NCBI RefSeq assembly: GCF_003428155.1
Contig: NZ_QLIR01000018.1
Span: forward strand, 1,428 to 33,427
From: Fastidiosibacter lacustris
Lineage (GTDB): Bacteria; Pseudomonadota; Gammaproteobacteria; Francisellales; Francisellaceae
DNA length: 32,000 bases
Reading direction: 5' to 3'
Shown here piece after piece: positions 30,894 to 32,000 of this stretch. Position numbers and translations under genes: made by a program. The notes beneath the pieces were generated by a model. That model saw only the letters and a list, made by a program, of their open reading frames with translations. It did not search any database and was not told the DNA's origin. The first letter of the stretch is position 1; each line of letters begins with the position of its first letter.

Positions 30894-31442
30894 TCATTTA
30901 TCGGCAACACATGATGGATCACCATCATTTGATTCACCATCTGTGAGATGTAATATAGTAGGGGGATATGTGTCTAGATGTATATCGCACCAATTCACTA
31001 ATTCTTCAGCCACTTTAGTTAGACCTGCACACATAGGAGTTCCTCCGGATGCTTCAGGCTCAAACCATACTGGAAAGTGAATTTCTTGTTCAATTATACC
31101 GCCTGCACCATCATCTTCTTTTTTAAGTCTCTTTTCAATTCTAACTGGATTAGCTTCGATCTTTGAAATAGGTTGCATTATTTGATTACCAAGATCACCA
31201 GATAAACCATTTCTAACTTCACCATCACCATAGCCAATAACTCCAACGTGGAAATAATCTCTAGTGCCGTCAGATTTTGTACAACGTGTAATAAGATTCA
31301 TTAATGTTCTGTTTAATGCATCAGAAACAAACTCAGCCTTACTCTTCCCAGAACTCATTTTATCTGTCATTGATAAAGATTGATCAATTAAAAAAATAAA
31401 GGCAGTTGGGTTAGTTCTACTAATTTCTGCTTGATACATCAT
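30894..31442 (-). CDS. von Willebrand factor A (vWA/MIDAS) domain protein, TerY-like; frame closed by a TGA at 30894-30896 that looks premature
   Basis: The full MIDAS signature is present: FLIDQSLSM (DxSxS), SGGTPMCAGL and LHLTDGES. I prefer ATG 31442, preceded by GGAGG (31452-31448); the track ORF starts at an upstream TTG (31481). Confidence 0.8.
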   Translation of the reverse strand: MMYQAEISRTNPTAFIFLIDQSLSMTDKMSSGKSKAEFVSDALNRTLMNLITRCTKSDGTRDYFHVGVIGYGDGEVRNGLSGDLGNQIMQPISKIEANPVRIEKRLKKEDDGAGGIIEQEIHFPVWFEPEASGGTPMCAGLTKVAEELVNWCDIHLDTYPPTILHLTDGESNDGDPSCVADK

Positions 31443-31484
31443 ATTAACCTCCATATTTATAAGCTGCCATATATCATACAAAAT

Positions 31485-31500
31485 TTACAATTATTTGTAA
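31485..31500. promoter_or_regulatory. perfect inverted repeat TTACAA-ttat-TTGTAA upstream of the vWA-PP2C-kinase operon (candidate operator or promoter element)
   Basis: Read directly: 31485-31490 TTACAA and 31495-31500 TTGTAA are reverse complements. The repeat lies 43 nt upstream of the preferred vWA start. On the minus strand, TTACAA could also act as a -35 element. No convincing -10 was found. Confidence 0.25.
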
Positions 31501-32000
31501 TCCTATATTATGCAGTTTGATGTGAATGATTCAAAATCCACAACCGCGATTATGATTTTTTGACTTTTTAAAGTTTGCTGATTTCGACTGTGTAATCTAT
31601 TGTTCTATTATTCTCTTATCATCCATAATTTCTGTTATCTGTGGTGAGTTTTTATGAATATGGTGATCCCAAAATAAACCCTACTTATGTAATAGTGCCA
31701 ATTGTTATCAAAAGTTTATGAAATGAATGTCATATAGTTTAGAACTGAGAAAGCAAAGCGCTTTTATGTCCTTCATTTGTATGAACAAGCCATAACGAGT
31801 GAGTGGTTTAACCAATAGCTTGAAATACGACAAAATTACTTGGTGTTAGCATTGATCAACGTAAAACAACAACTCTTTACAACAAAGCATTACAGCGATA
31901 CTGGAATTTTAAGATACCATCTGTATTTGAGGTAAAGTGAATGTAAGGAAACCTTAGATGATTAAAAGTGTTGTTCTAAAGTATCTTCAAGCGACACTTT

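Noticed and set aside
30894-30896. The vWA internal TGA read as selenocysteine, or as Trp under genetic code 4
   Set aside because: TGA ends several clearly complete genes in this window (recR, maeA, nuoG, nuoJ, nuoN), so code 4 is excluded. I see only a trivial 4-bp stem downstream of the TGA, with no SECIS-like hairpin and no sel genes in view. A nonsense mutation, a sequencing error or low-level read-through are more plausible.
31958-32000. Possible gene start at the window edge (AAGGAAA, then ATG 31958, reading MIKSVVLKYLQATL...)
   Set aside because: Only 14 codons are visible and no motif can be recognised, so there is not enough evidence to annotate it.
1-32000. Search by eye for CRISPR arrays, IS elements or transposases, integrases, rRNA genes and long tandem repeats
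   Set aside because: None found. No regularly spaced direct repeats were seen, no transposase- or integrase-like ORFs appear in the track, and nothing resembles rRNA.

Overview
About 28 kb of this window is conserved housekeeping DNA from an AT-rich Gammaproteobacterium. The order glmM-tpiA-secG-tRNA-Leu-nuoABCDEFGHIJKLMN, with separate nuoC and nuoD, resembles what I recall for Legionella/Coxiella-type genomes; that taxonomic guess is inference only. Left to right: a truncated tRNA-Ala with a near-consensus promoter, a frameshifted type IV pilin gene, dnaQ, hemW, a usp-family gene, ybaB, recR, a P-II gene, ubiK, comM/yifB, an lpxL-family acyltransferase, hemE, malic enzyme, glmM, tpiA, secG, tRNA-Leu(GAG) and the complete 14-gene NADH:quinone oxidoreductase operon (13357-27944). 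Directly after nuoN the composition turns much more AT-rich. From about 27945 to the window end lies an accessory segment with a compact three-gene minus-strand operon: a vWA/MIDAS protein, a PP2C-type phosphatase and a Hanks-type Ser/Thr kinase. This is a TerY-P-type phosphorylation triad, a family with no known mechanism, and it is the most interesting locus here. Three things are unusual in this copy. The vWA gene carries one in-frame TGA. The kinase seems to have Arg where the ATP-anchoring Lys is expected. The kinase also carries an OB-fold-like module, an N/S/K-rich linker and a C-terminal membrane tail anchor. I found no CRISPR array, transposase, integrase or rRNA. All calls rest on reading the ORF translations and the sequence by eye; no database search was run.
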